The notes under the pieces are model-generated. The model was given only the letters and a program-made list of their open reading frames with translations, was not told the DNA's origin and ran no database searches. The position numbers and the translations under genes are program-made. This document shows, one piece after another, positions 1 to 13,700 of a DNA stretch of 64,000 nucleotides (its first letter is position 1; every line of letters begins with the position of its first letter). Where the stretch lies: assembly GCF_030684315.1 (NCBI RefSeq), contig NC_081383.1, positions 33,048,180 through 33,112,179 of the forward strand. Direction: 5' to 3'. Source of the stretch: Stegostoma tigrinum. Taxonomy: Eukaryota.

Positions 1-100
1 CCCACACCAATGTGGTTGACTCTTAACTGCCCTCTGGGCAATTAGGGATGGGCAATAAACGCTGCCTAGCCAGTGACACCCTCCTCCCATGAATGAATAA
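1..100 (+). mobile_element. 3' end of tRNA-derived SINE, family of 29362
   Basis: aatgtggttgactcttaactgccctctgggcaa...catgaatgaat. Confidence 0.8.
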
Positions 101-1961
101 AGGAAGTGAGTAGGGAACAAATGTCTCACATCCTATCATTCTCCTTGTTTGAATGTAGATGTTTTAAATTTTAATTTTTACTGGCCAATTCAGTGTGCAC
201 ATGCTGACAACCAAGAACTGACCAGGCAGGTTGTATAAGGTTGATCAAGTGTTGATGATAAATCAGCCACAACTTACCTTTAATCTGACACTTCACATAC
301 ATAAGGAGTTAGTTTAACTAAACGAAAAGCTATGTTTATTGCCAATGCCACCAACAGGCAATGCAGTAATGGCATATGCACATAAACACAGCTTTGTAGT
401 CAAACGTCTTGAGTCTTAAGTCACTCAAATTAATGATGGAATAAAATTGCAGCACTGCACTGAAAAAGCCTTCATTCTAGAGGTGTCCCTGAAATGAATT
501 AGAAAACAGTTGACCAGCAATATGCTCAGAAAGATCCCTTCTTCCCTCACCTGCCGCCTCACTCCCTGTGTTGAGGGATATATGCCAGTTATTTGGGAGT
601 GAGTAGAGAGGGACAGGGAGTTGGAAGAGTGTGGGGGTTGGGGTGGAGCTGTAGTGAAGAGAAACAGGCAGCTGCCAGCAGGGTACCCAGAAGGCTCTGG
701 TGCAAAGGGAGCAGTCACAATAGAATGGCATTATCTCAACCATCCACATTGCAGAGCTGGTCATCTTTGCTTTGGCAACACACACTTAACTCAGTTTAAA
801 TGTTAAACAGCTTCTGCAATTTTCATAGAGAAGCTACGCATACAAAAATACAAATCACTGAATGGAAGTTAGGTCAGGCCAAACTGAAGACCACAAAGAG
901 ATTAAAAAAGACAGTTCACTGCTTTATTGATGACTAACTCATCCATGCTGACTGGATATCCTAAATTAATCTAGTTCCACTTGCCGGCATTTGGTTCATA
1001 TCCCTCTAACACCTTCATTTTCATATACCCATCCAGATACCTTGTTGGAATTAAACCTGGGTCCCCAGCCCTGTGATACAACAGTGCTATCCACTGAATA
1101 CAAGCCATCCCACATCAGGACAAACACAAAGAACTTTATCAGTTCTGAAGAAGGGTCGCTGGATCCGGAATGTTAACTCTGATTTCTCTCCACAGATGCC
1201 ACTAGACCTGCTGATTTTGTCCAAAAATTTATTTTTGTTTGTGAACTTTATCATACGACATGCTGCTCAATGGCCAGAAGTTCAAACTGAAAATGGGATG
1301 CTTATGTGAGAATACCACCAATGGTGCAAACTCCCCATCAATAAATCATCCTATAAACAAAAGGCTATGCACACAGATGGAAATAAAACTGCCATGATTA
1401 TCCTGCAACACTTAATCATACAGACACAAAATTAACTATTCCCCTTGTTTCTGAATGGATAGCTGGTGAAATCTTTTCAGTATTTTAACATTTTAAATTA
1501 TGCACCTACATACTTCAACATAATTTATCATATATCAGTTTATCATAATATGTTCTATTTTATATGCTTAAACTCAATACGCATAATATTGATTGGCATA
1601 TTTTATGCCAAATTTGGTGTTGGAGTCTTTATAAAGCATTCAACAACAGAGGAATGTTGCAATAGTTTATTTGGATAGTTTATATTGTGCCATTAATAGT
1701 ACTGAGATACTGCTTTAGTAATGTTTAGTATAGTTTCATAGTTGAGGGTTAGGATCAGTAACAAGTCAGCAGCAACATTCGGGCCTTGGACAGCTGCTCA
1801 GAATCAGCTCCTTGGTCCCCTGACCAAAAAGTGGTTGTAGATAAACAGTGTGATTTCAGAACTCTCAAAAATTATCAGTAAGACTAAGAAATTGTGTGCC
1901 TCATGACAAATCATGACTGTTGGAATCACACATTAATCTTTTCTGTACTTTCGGTAATACC

Positions 1962-3183
1962 TGGGAAGACCAGGGAAACCCAGTATTTGTTATCTATCTA
2001 GACTTCCAAAAGGCCTTTGATACAGTGCCTCACGGGAGGCTGCTGAGCAAGGTGAGGGCCCATGGTGTTCAAGGTGAGCTACTGGCTTGGATTGAGGATT
2101 GGCTGTCTGACAGAAGGCAGAAAGTTGGGATAAAAGGCTCTTTTTCGGAATGGCAATTGGTGACGAGTGGTGTCCTGCAGGGTTCAGTGTTGGGGCTGCA
2201 GCTGTTCACCTTGTATATTAATGATCTGGATGAAGGGACTGGGGGCATTCTGGCAAAGTTTGCCAATGATGCAAAGTTAGGTGGACAGGCAGGTAGTACT
2301 GAGGAGGTGGGGAAGCTGCAGAAAGATTAGACAGTTTAGGAGAGTGGTCCAGGAAATGGCTGATGAAATTCAACGTGAGTAAATGTGAGGTTTTGCACTT
2401 TGGAAAAAAGAATACAGGAATGGACAATTTTTTAAATGGTGAGAAAATTCGCAAATCAGAAGTGCAAAGGGATCTGGGAGTGCTGGTCCAGGATTCTCTA
2501 AAGGTTAACTTGCGGGTAGAGTCCGCAATTAAGAAAGCGAATGTAATTTTTGTCATTTATCTCAAGAGGGTTGGAATATAAAAGCAGCGATGTGCTTCTG
2601 AGGCTTTATAAGGCTCTAGTTAGGCCCCATTTAGAATACTGTGTCCAATTTTGGGCTTCACACCTCAGGAAGGACATACTAGCCCTGGAGCGTGTCCAGC
2701 GGAGATTCACATGGATGATCCCTGGAATGGTAGGTTTAACGTATGATGAACGGCTAAGGATCCTGGGATTGTACTCATTAGAGTTTAGAAGGTTGAGGGG
2801 AGATCTAATAGAAACTTACAAGATAATGTATGGTTTAGAAGGGGTGAACGCTAGGAAGTTGTTTCTGTTAGGCGGGGAGACTAGGACCCGTGGCACAGCC
2901 TTAAAATTAGAAGGGGTAAACTTAAAGCTGAAATGAGACAACATTTCTTCAGCCAGAGAGTGGTGGGCTTGTGGAATTCATTGCCGCAGAGTGCAGTCGA
3001 GGCCGGGACGTTGGTTGCCTTCAAGGCAGAGATTGATAAATTCTTGATCTCAAAAGGAATCAAGGGCTACGTGGAGAGTGCGGGGAAGTGGTGTTGAAAT
3101 GCCCATCAGCCATGATTTAAATGGCGGCGTGGACTTGATGGGCCGAATGGCCTTACTTCCACTCCTATGTCTTACGGTCTTAC
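1962..3183 (+). mobile_element. 5'-truncated CR1 LINE (RT C-terminus and 3' UTR), frameshifted
   Basis: ORFs 1920..2936 with YLDFQKAFD, SGVxQGSVLG, [29 protein letters not shown]. Confidence 0.92.
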
Positions 3184-3894
3184 CATTCAATTTTTCCTAA
3201 AATAAGTTCTGAATGCTCCAGTTCAGTTGTGGTGATCAACAGGGAATCAGATTTTTTTTTGGACAGTAATAATGTGCAGAGATATGGGGAAAAGGCAGGA
3301 GATTGGCACTAGACAACGGAAATGGACGTGATAATAGAACTGGTGCAGGTGCAATGGGGCTGAATGGCCACCTCCTAGACCACGATATTTGTTATTCTAT
3401 TCAGGCTGAACCAGTGTTTTGTATTGCTCACTGTAATTTCCTTGCCTTTGGGAGATTTTGATGTTAAAAACATGTTAACAAGATATAAAAGCTAGTTCCT
3501 TTGGGAGTTAAAAAACACAAGATGCAGAAATAAAATCAATGGTTGTACACACCCTGGCTACAAAATAGAACAAAACACATCCAATATCGCAGCCTTTCAA
3601 CACTAAAGACCGATTATCTCTGCAGCCGTTGGGTATTAGCTACTTATAATGCTTCAATGAACTGCATACCTGTTCTGAAGAAGGGTCATCGAACCCAAAA
3701 AGTTAACGGATTTTTTTTCTTCACAGATGCTGCCAGACCTGCTGAGCTTTTCCAGCAACTTCTGTTTTTGTTGCACAGGTGACGTGTTGGATTTAATGTA
3801 CAGATACTTCAATTTTGTACGTAGGTTACAAGCCACGATCACAAGAATATGTATAAATCAGTAATTAATTAATATTTGCATTCACAAGACAACT

Positions 3895-3900
3895 TTTATT
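3895..3900 (-). terminator. Candidate YJU2 polyadenylation signal AATAAA
   Basis: tttatt on plus strand about 700 nt past the stop codon in an AT-rich context; no transcript evidence. Confidence 0.5.
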
Positions 3901-4604
3901 ATAGATTTAAAAAAATTTAATAGACAAAATTAAAAATTAATACGATATCTCAACAAAATGCACAGCAGGAGAAACTGCACAGTAGAGGTGAAATTCCACT
4001 TTCTTTGAAATGTAGAATGTCTGTCACCTGAAATTTGACATCGTTGGTGGATATTCCACAATGTCGGGGAAGAATGGAGACCACCCACCAGATTTAAAAT
4101 GAAACTAAAGTGAGGAGGTTTTTCAAGCAGGCATTGTACGTTCACCCTCCCTAACCTGTGGTATTAAGTCACAGAAGCAAAGATTCCAGGCATCATTTAC
4201 TATGACAGTGGGACTCTTGCTGAATTTATGAACAGGAGAGTGGCATTTCAGCAAGTATAATAACCGTACTGTGATCTGATGAACAGCCTTAGTTTGTGCT
4301 GGAATTTTTATAATGTGGGGCAAACAGTCATCTTAAGCGTATCCATGTTACATGCTTGTGGAAACCTGCTACGTGATTAAACAACAGAGAAGTGTAACGT
4401 TCTGTTAAATAAGGAGTATCAAAACTCATTTCATCAGAAATGACGTTGGGAAAAATATGGACATATTCCAAATGTCAAATCAAGGGACAAATCCCTCTTC
4501 CACAAATATTTACAGAAATACAGTAACAAAAAACATCATGGTATTACTTTGAATTATTCCTCTCTTGAAAGAGGTCTACTGCAGTCTGAAAAATTGCACA
4601 ATGG

Positions 4605-4753
4605 TTAATCACTGTTGCTTCCTTCACTGTCAGAGTATGCCCCCAGAAGGCTTAAGGATGAATTACAGGCTGTTGATGCATTCTCTACTTGTGGGCATGA
4701 CCCCGTTAGCACTTCTGAAGCAGGTGACACCACCGAATAACGATTGCTGCTAC
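4605..4753 (-). CDS. YJU2: YJU2 exon 8 coding part (149 nt incl. TAA)
   Basis: ttctag|[49 protein letters not shown]; conserved SSLxxLGAYxDS terminus. Confidence 0.9.
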
Positions 4754-7700
4754 CTAGAATATGAAAATCAAAATGATTTATGGTTATTTAAGAGATAACA
4801 ATTTAATGTATGACATCTCTGACTAGCTATTCCCGAGCAGAAATTGATTTCTGCCTCACTTGATATTCGGAGTCAGACAGAAGGGAAAAAGACCCCTTGG
4901 TCCAACTCATCTGCGCTGACCAGACATCCCAATCTGACCTAGTCCCATTTGCCAGCATTTGGCCCATATCCCTCTAAACCCTTCCTATTCATATACCAAT
5001 CCAGATGCTTTTTACATGTTGTAATTGTACTCACCTCCATCATCTACTCTGGCAGCTCACTCTATATACTGCACCACCCTCTGCATGAAAAGGTTACCCC
5101 CAGGTCCTTTTTAAATCTCTCCCATCTCACCTTGAACAGATGACCCCTAATTCTGGACTCGTCCACTTGAGGAGAAAGACTTTGGCTATTCACCCTAACC
5201 ATGCCTCTCATGATTTTATAAACCTCTAAATAATTGCCCCTCAGTCTGTGATGCTCCAAGAGAAAAGCCCCAGCCTATTCAGGATCCCACTACAGTCAAA
5301 CTCTTCAGTCCCAGCAACATCCACGTAAATCTTTTCTGTACCTTTTCAAGTTTAAGGGGGAACCTTTTGGACCTCTCCCTGACTGGCAGTTCCAGTACAG
5401 TCACAGGTAGATTAAGTGGCAGCATTCTCAGTCATTCATTCACTATGTTACAGGATACAGCCAGCCCAAGAGTACACAACCTAGGCTGGCATTTCAATGT
5501 AATATGGACCGAGTGCTGCATTGCTGGAGGAGCTGCCTTTTGAGATGAGATGGTCATTGTGATGCTGGTAGCCTCTTTGAACAGTCATAAAATTATATGA
5601 ATTATATTATATTCCACCCTGCATTATATGAAAGTCCTAAATCCCTTCCTCAGTCGACATCGTCTTAAAAAAAATTCAATACTTTTATTTGTACAATCCT
5701 CAACGTGCCCATTTCCCGTTAGTTTAACCAATATTACTGACTTCAAAAGTCATTTAATAAATGTGAAGCACCATAGCAAGTTCCCAGGATGTAGCAAGTA
5801 CTACAGAATTGTTAAACCCTATTGCATTTTCCTGGTGATTGTATTTCCACAGATGCTTGATACCATCTTATACCTTGTTTCCTGTGTCATTAGTGGTTTT
5901 TCCATAAGGACATCACATCTGAAATCTGTCATCGTCCCCCATTTGCACTAGTTCCCTTTACAACAGAGGTGCAACATCACAATCAGATCCTTCTCTTTGT
6001 ACACAGGCCCAACAGCACTGTGAGCAAGATCACTGATGGCTCTTGATGCTGTGATCACACAGCATCGCAGAGGCTGAGGATCGCCAGTGGAAGCCATGAG
6101 TGGAACTCCTCTGTTGCCTGCATTTGTTCAGCCTTTACTTCTGAAGCAGAAACAGCTTTACAAGACTTGACAGCGGTTTAAGAAGATATGTATTTTAGAC
6201 AGCATCTTTCCCAATTTTCAGGCATCTCAAAAATCTCTGCAGAATAACTAAATATGTTTGAAGTCCAGTCACTGCTATAACATACAAAGCACAGAGTTTC
6301 AGCTCCCAAAGAGAAGAGCAGACCTCCATGAGAAAGGCAGTGGTGGCAAGAGATAACAACCTGCAGTACAGAGACCCTCCCTAAACAGTTCTACAAGTAG
6401 TTGATTGGTGGGTTCTTGATTAGTCAAGTGGTTTAAATCAGGAGACTTTATTGAAGCTGAAGGGTACAGATAAGAAATTCACTATTTAAAAAAAAAGCAA
6501 ATTAATTAAATAAATAAATAGAGAACACTGGCGGTCAATGTGTCGCAGCTATAGTATGAGCGCTGGTGGAAATCAGTGTGACTCATGTTGACCATATCTA
6601 CAGCAAGGCTGCCTGAGGAACTCTGGCTCAAAGTTGATGAGCTGGGTCTGAGCTGTGGGCACTGCAACACATCAGGGAAGTGGACAGGTACCTGGACTCT
6701 GTGCTTCAGGAGATAGTCATACCCTTTAGATTAATTCTATCAAATATGGTCTGTGGTCTCAGAGCTGCCAAAGGTGGAGGTGAGTACAATTTAAACATGT
6801 AAATGGCATCTGTGTGAGAGGGAGGTGTGCGGATTCGGAATTTAGCTTTGGTGAAGACAGGGCCCTTTTCTAATAGGTATAAGGTTTTTTCTCTTTGTGC
6901 GGCTGAGAACATAGACTGCAGCGGTGATGAGCAAACTGACCACAGCAATGTGCTCCAGAGTGCCATTCATTTGAAGAGAGTCAAGAGAAATGTAGTAGTC
7001 ATAAGTCTGGGGAAGAGGTAATGTTCTCTGCAGTGAAGACAGAGTCCCATGGTTGTGCTGCCTGCCTGGTGATAACATTCAGGACATCTGTCTGGGCTGG
7101 GCGGGGGGAATGTGAAGTGGGAGGGGTAAGATCCACGTAGGTACCAATAGTGTAGGTAAAGTAGGAAAGTGGTTATGCTTAGGGATTATGAGCAGCCTGG
7201 GGCTAAACTGAAAAGCACAAGAAACACAAAGGTGATCATTTTGGGATTACTATCCGAGTCATATGCAAACTGACACAGGGTAATTAAGATTAGGGAGATA
7301 AAATGCGTAGCTCAAAGATTGGTGTGGGAGAAATAGTTCCGATTCTTGAGGCATTGCCTCGAGTACTGGAGAAAGAAAGGGCAGGTCAGCTGGCTTCATC
7401 TGAACCATGCAGGGACCAGTGTCCTGATGAATAATATAACTAGTACCGTAGGTAGAAAATTAATCTATTTTGTGAGGGGAGGTGGAGGGAAAGAGACAGG
7501 ATTCAACTGAAGGGAAGTTTAAAAAATATCGAAAAGAAACATGTGAGCAGACGTGCAGAGTAGCAATGTTGTCAATGGGATAAATATGAGCACGAGCACC
7601 TGAGAAAACTGCTTTTTACTGAGATGTGCCACGGGTCATCCGCATCACACTTGAGGGGCTATGAGGCTTGGTTTAACGTTCCATCCCAAGAACAGCATCT

Positions 7701-10700
7701 CTGATGGTGCACCACTGGGGAGTTGGTTTTAATTTGTGTTCAACGGTGGTTTCTTTGATTTTGAGTGAATGTTACAAATTGAGGTTCCCCAGCTTATCAA
7801 GTATCATAGGTATGAATATAGTCATGACTGTACATCATAAAGGATTAGAGACATTTTGAACATTAAAAGCAAAGGAGGGCTATTGATGGGTACATTCAAT
7901 GGGGGGCACCAGAGTGCCTGGATAAGTAAATTAACCACAGGGTTTGACGCCCACTCAATTCTCATTAAAATGACACCAAACAAAAACTAATTAATTTCCA
8001 AATACAATAAAACCAAAAAAGTTCAATGTTTTGCACCCAGTTCTTACCATTGCTTGTCAGGCAGTCTTTCTGGAAAGTGTCTCCCTTCCTCAGGCTGGAT
8101 AAATCTGCTTGTTTCATCTGTGGCTTCTTCACCACCAACCCAGAAAGATGAAGACTTCCACTGAACTTTCCCACACTCCTCTCCCAACTCTCAGCCTTCA
8201 GTTTTTTACTCTGATGATCAGCATTCTATTATAAAGTAAAACTACATACATAAACGAAAGAACATTGCCAAACAACTTAAGTGATTATACAAAACCTGAA
8301 GTAACAAAGTGTGAAGCTGGATGAACACAGCAGGCCAAGCAACATCTCAGGAGCACAAAAGCTTAAGTTTCGGGCCTAGACCCTTCTGGCCGACATACAA
8401 GCCTGAGTACTGCTGGGAAAAAAAGGACATATTTTGACAAAACCTCTCATCTTGCACTCGTTATGGCACATGCATGTGGGCTGCAACTTACCACAGCCAA
8501 AAATGGACTCTTGCAAACAGTGTATGGACTTTAAGACATTGAATTTAGTGTGGGCAATATAAGCAACTCCTCTATTCTGCTGCAAAGACAGAAATTGTTG
8601 GAGAAGCTCAGCATGCCTGACAGCATCTTTGGAGAGGAAGCAGAATCAACATTTAAGGTCCAATTAATTTTCCTCAGAGCTCCTGTAATCTGCTACTTCT
8701 CTGGGGGATCAATTGCAGTTTTACAGAAGAATCAATCAATTCATATCCTCTCACCCCTTCCCAATTTCTTCCATTCTTACTTAAAAGGCTCTAGTTTGGC
8801 TTCTCAAAAACCCTTGAACACCTATGGGCACAACATACTTAAACTAGCCTGACAATGGGAAACAGATACCATCCAAATGATCGCCATTTGTGAGCAACTT
8901 CATTCCCTACAGATTTTCTCAAAAATCTTGAAGTTTAGTCTACACAGACACAACATGATTTATGTTTACACTGGCAAGGACAGGTTTCTATGCAAAATTA
9001 ACATGCTATGTATGATGAAAATCAGAATAAAAAAATCACCAAAGTGGGAAACAGTCAGCACGTCAAGAAGCATTACAGGAGAGAGAAACAGAATTGACAT
9101 ATCAGGCCGATGTCCATATTTCAGAATGAAAATTGGCCTTGCAAGGATCCACAAACAGCAGCACGGTACTGATCACATCATCACTGTAGTGTTGGGGCAA
9201 ATACTTGGCCAAGACAAAGGCTCAGCAAGAGGAACATAAACACAAGTTGCTGGAAAGGCTCAGCAGGTCTGGCAGCATTTGTGAAGAAATAAAAATATCA
9301 GAGTTAACGCTTCCAGTTCATTTCCGGTGACCATTCCTCAGAACCCTTTTCATTCTTCTTCACAGATGCTGCCAGCCCTGCTGAGCTTTTCCAGCAACTT
9401 CTGTTTTTGTTCCTGATTTACAGCTTCCGCAGTTCTTTCAGTCTTGCTCACCGAGACGATATTTCTCCTGATATATTAACTCTCCTTCTCTCTCCACAGT
9501 ATTGGCTGGCCAACTGTGTATTTTCTGTTTTACTCTACAGCATTGCTTCTCACCATATTCTACAAGTGCACACTAATGTTGAGCACTGGCAAGCTAATTT
9601 AACGCTCTATCTCCTGCTGGCTACTGGGAGACTTACAATGTAACCCCATCATAGTGGTTGCATCTTGCTTATTCCTGAGTTCCACCCACCATGGCTTTGC
9701 TGAATGAGCCCACAATCATGATTAGACCCCTATCTTTGTACACAAGTCCAACAGCATTGTGGGCAAGATCACTAATGCCAGGATGCACTAAGATGGCCTT
9801 TCATAGCGCAGGTGTGACATTCTCTTTCACCAGTAATGAAATTTCCCCACCCCTTTTAGTTCCTGCTCTATCATGTCTAATACATCTAAATAGTGGAACG
9901 TTGAGGGGACAGTCCTTCCATTCTCTCATGGCTACAACATTGCTGTTCTATACATTAATCCAGGCCCTCAGCTCATCTGCCTTATCTGTTATATTCTCTG
10001 CATTAAATACATTTCAGGTCACCAGTCCCACCGTACTCATTAACCTGGCCCTGCCTGTTCTCACTTTTAGCCTTACTTGACTTAATGTTGACCATATCCT
10101 CAAATCACTCTGCATGCCAAGTTACTGGTCTGGTTCCCTTCACCTGCTGCACTAGTTTAAACCCTCCTAAGTGGTACTAGCAAACCTACCTGCGAGGATA
10201 CTGGTGTCCCTCCAGTTTAGATGCAATCTGCCCTTCTTCTACAGGTGCCTCCTGCCCTCAAAGAGATCCCAATGATATAGATACATGAAGCCCTCCCTCA
10301 TACACCAGCTCTTAAGCCACACCTTCACCTGTATTGTCTTCCTATCTTTGTATCTTTCTGCTAATTCGAGACCTGTGTAATGTGTAGTGATAAATCTCTG
10401 AAGCAATGCAAGACCACAATGTCTCAGAGAATTGGGCTGTATTTGAAGAGACTGGAGGGTTGAAGAGTTTATCCTAAAAAAGTAACGAAACGACTGAGAG
10501 AAGGCTTTTTGGATAGGACCTCAGAATTAATTTAGAAATGGTATCAGATGGTAAATACACTTTACATCAAGCTGTAAACAACAACAGAGAAATTAGGAAT
10601 TTAGAATTGATTTCTAAAAGTTACTTGCACACAAAAATGCACGACAAATGAAAGGATTCCGAATAGAGTACAGGGGGAGAAAGTGGGGAAAACTGAAGAT

Positions 10701-13700
10701 TTTCCTGGATGCCACAAACCAAAATGGGTAGAACGGCCTATGACAATGCAAGAAATCTATTTCTTAGTTTTCAAGCACTTGAAACGGAATCAGAATCATA
10801 CCTCATTGAGAATATCTGTCGGCCTCTGGGGGACTTGGGAATTCAGCTTACGAGGTTTAGGGAGTTCCTCATCAGAGTCCGAATCATCCAGAATTCTCTT
10901 CACCTGGGCACTTTCCAGCATTGTCCTTTTAGGATAGAAAGAGGCAAGATAAATCAACACAGAGAGCTGATTCCTGGCGTGTAAACTCTCTATATGGAAA
11001 CATGTTGATGCTTGACTGGGGAAAGAGAAAGAGTGCAGGAAGGGGAAGGGAAAGAGCGAGCGTGCAGGAAACAACATCTTTGAATGGATTCCAAACTTCA
11101 AGAAACCACATTGTGTCAAATCAGTGTATTTATGGAGAGGGCTCCCAAGCTCATTTTAAAAACTGTCCCATTGTTTATTTTGAGCTTCATTCCAATGCTG
11201 GTGAATGGTCTGACGAAAGCAGGGGCATACTGTGTCTGCAGCACTTCAGTTCTACTCGAGCCTACTGGTCACAGTGCATCAACGAAATAGTGGGACTGGA
11301 ACATGCAACATGCACAAACTAGCATGTGGAGCTTAGTGAATTGCACAGATGTGACAAATAAAAATTGCCAGATTTTCTAAATTAATAACCTCTACAAGAA
11401 TTTGTGCGCTTTATTTTGAGGTAACCAGAGAAAAAGCTAATAAATTATCTTTGAGAGAAAACAATGAATGTAACCCATTACTCTCCTCTATCTCACACCA
11501 AGGCATTAGTGCATCACAATACAATCATATCCAGACAGTGGGCAGGCTATTCCACTGTAAAGGGCATCACAGTTGAGCCCAGTCTCACCACTCTTCCTAA
11601 CTAAAGAAACTTCTGCATTGCGATTAGAATGGGCACTTTGATTTATTCAGTCAGAATCTCCAGTTCACCCTTAGGGCACCAACCCTAGATGGGATTGTCC
11701 TGGCACCATTCTAGCTGTGACCAACTAATTTAGCAGAAAGCTTTCCTCAGAATCCATTCTGCTCTTCAGCATCTTAATGCTGATGATCATCATTATAATG
11801 AATGGAACAATTCCGAATTTTGACAGCCAGACCTACTTCATTTCTCGCTCATCCTCCTCCTCCTGCTGTCGTTTCAGGTCTTTCTCATATTTCTGATACT
11901 CCAGTAACATACTCTCAAAGTCCACGTTGGCCTGTCGCTGATTCAACTCCTTCAGCTCCTGCAGGTTTTCCAACACCTCCATTTCCATTTTGGAGTCTTT
12001 AGTCCTGTTCTCTAAAACCTTTAAAAAGGATAAACACATGGCAGACCGCGAGTACTGAAATTACTCAGCCATAAGATCATAAGACATAGGAGTGGAAGTG
12101 AGACCATTCAGCCCATCGAGTCCACTCTACCATTTAAATCATGGCTGACGGGCATTTCAACTCCACTTCCCTGCACCGCCCCCGTAGCCCTTAATTCCTT
12201 GTGAGATCAAGAATTTATCAATCTCCGCCTTGAAGACATTTAACGTCCCGGCCTCCAATGCTCTCCATGGCAATGAATTCCACAGGCCCACCATTCTCTG
12301 GCTGAAGAAATGTCTCCTCATTTCCGTTTTAAATTTACCCCCTCTAATTCTAAGGCTGTGCCCAAGGGTCCTAGTCTCCCCGCCTAACGGAAACAACTTC
12401 CTAGCGTCCACCCTTTCTAAGCCATACATTATCTTGTAAGTTTCTATTAGATCTTCCCTCAGCCTTCTAAACTCTAATGAATACAATCCCAGGATCCTTA
12501 GCCGTTCAAAATACATTAAACCTACCATTCCAGGGATCATCCGTGTGAATCTCCGCTAGACACGCTCCAGTGCCAGTATGTCCTTCCTGAGGTGTGGGGC
12601 CCAAAATTGGACACAGTATTCTAAACGGGGCCTAACTAGGGCTTTATTAAGTCTCAAAAGCACATCACTGCTTTTATATTCCAACCCTCTTGAGATAAAC
12701 GACAAAAATTACATTCGATTTCTTAATCACAGACTCTACCCGCAAGTTAACTTTTAGAGAATCCTGGACCAGCACTCTCAGATCCCTTTGTACTTCTGCT
12801 TTACGAATTTTCTCATCATTTAGAAAATAGCCCATGCCTGTATTCTTTTTTCCAAACTGCAAAACCTCACATTTGCTCACGTTGAATTTCATCAGCCATT
12901 TCCTGGACCACTCTCCTAAACAGTCTAAATCTTTCTGCAGCTTCCCCACCTCCTCAGTACTACCTGCCTGTCCACCTATCTTCGTATCATCGGCAAACTT
13001 CGCCAGAAGCCCCCAGTCCCTTCATCCAGATCATTAATATATAAAGCGAACAGCTGCAGCCCCAACACTGAACCCTGTGGGACACCACTTGTCAACGATT
13101 GCCATTTCGAAAAAGAGCCTTTTATCCCAACTCTCTGCCTTCTGTCTGACAGCCAATCCTCAATCCAAGCCAGTAGCTCACCTCAGACACAATGGGCCCT
13201 CACCTTGCTCAGCAGCCTCCCGTGAGGCACCTTATCGAAGGCCATGTCGGCCATTAGTCTTCACGAGTAAATTTCTGATCAGCACATTGCACCTCCACAC
13301 TGAAATCTCCACCACTGTCATTTTCATTATTCTTTAAATCCTTTTTGCCATTAAAAATAAAACCATCATAGCGTGATTGCATTGTTTCAAGTTATGCTTG
13401 TAAATACTTGTATTTACAATATATTATGCTTGGAAAATTTTGACAAGGAGGTTTTACTAAGTGTCCAAACATCACACCACCTGATCCCCACAAGAGGGAG
13501 AAAGGAGCAGAACAATGTCTGAATGAGGTTAGATGAAGAGTGGCAGGAGGCCAGAGTGCAGCATAGACACTGGAATCGGCCAGTCAGCGCTTCACATAGT
13601 AAGTAATACCTTCATTGGGTTGTTCAGCTCTTCATCCTCCCGTTCTTTCTGCATTTGCTTCTCCTGCTCCTCCAGCAGCTTCTCTGCTTGGAAGTTTCGT

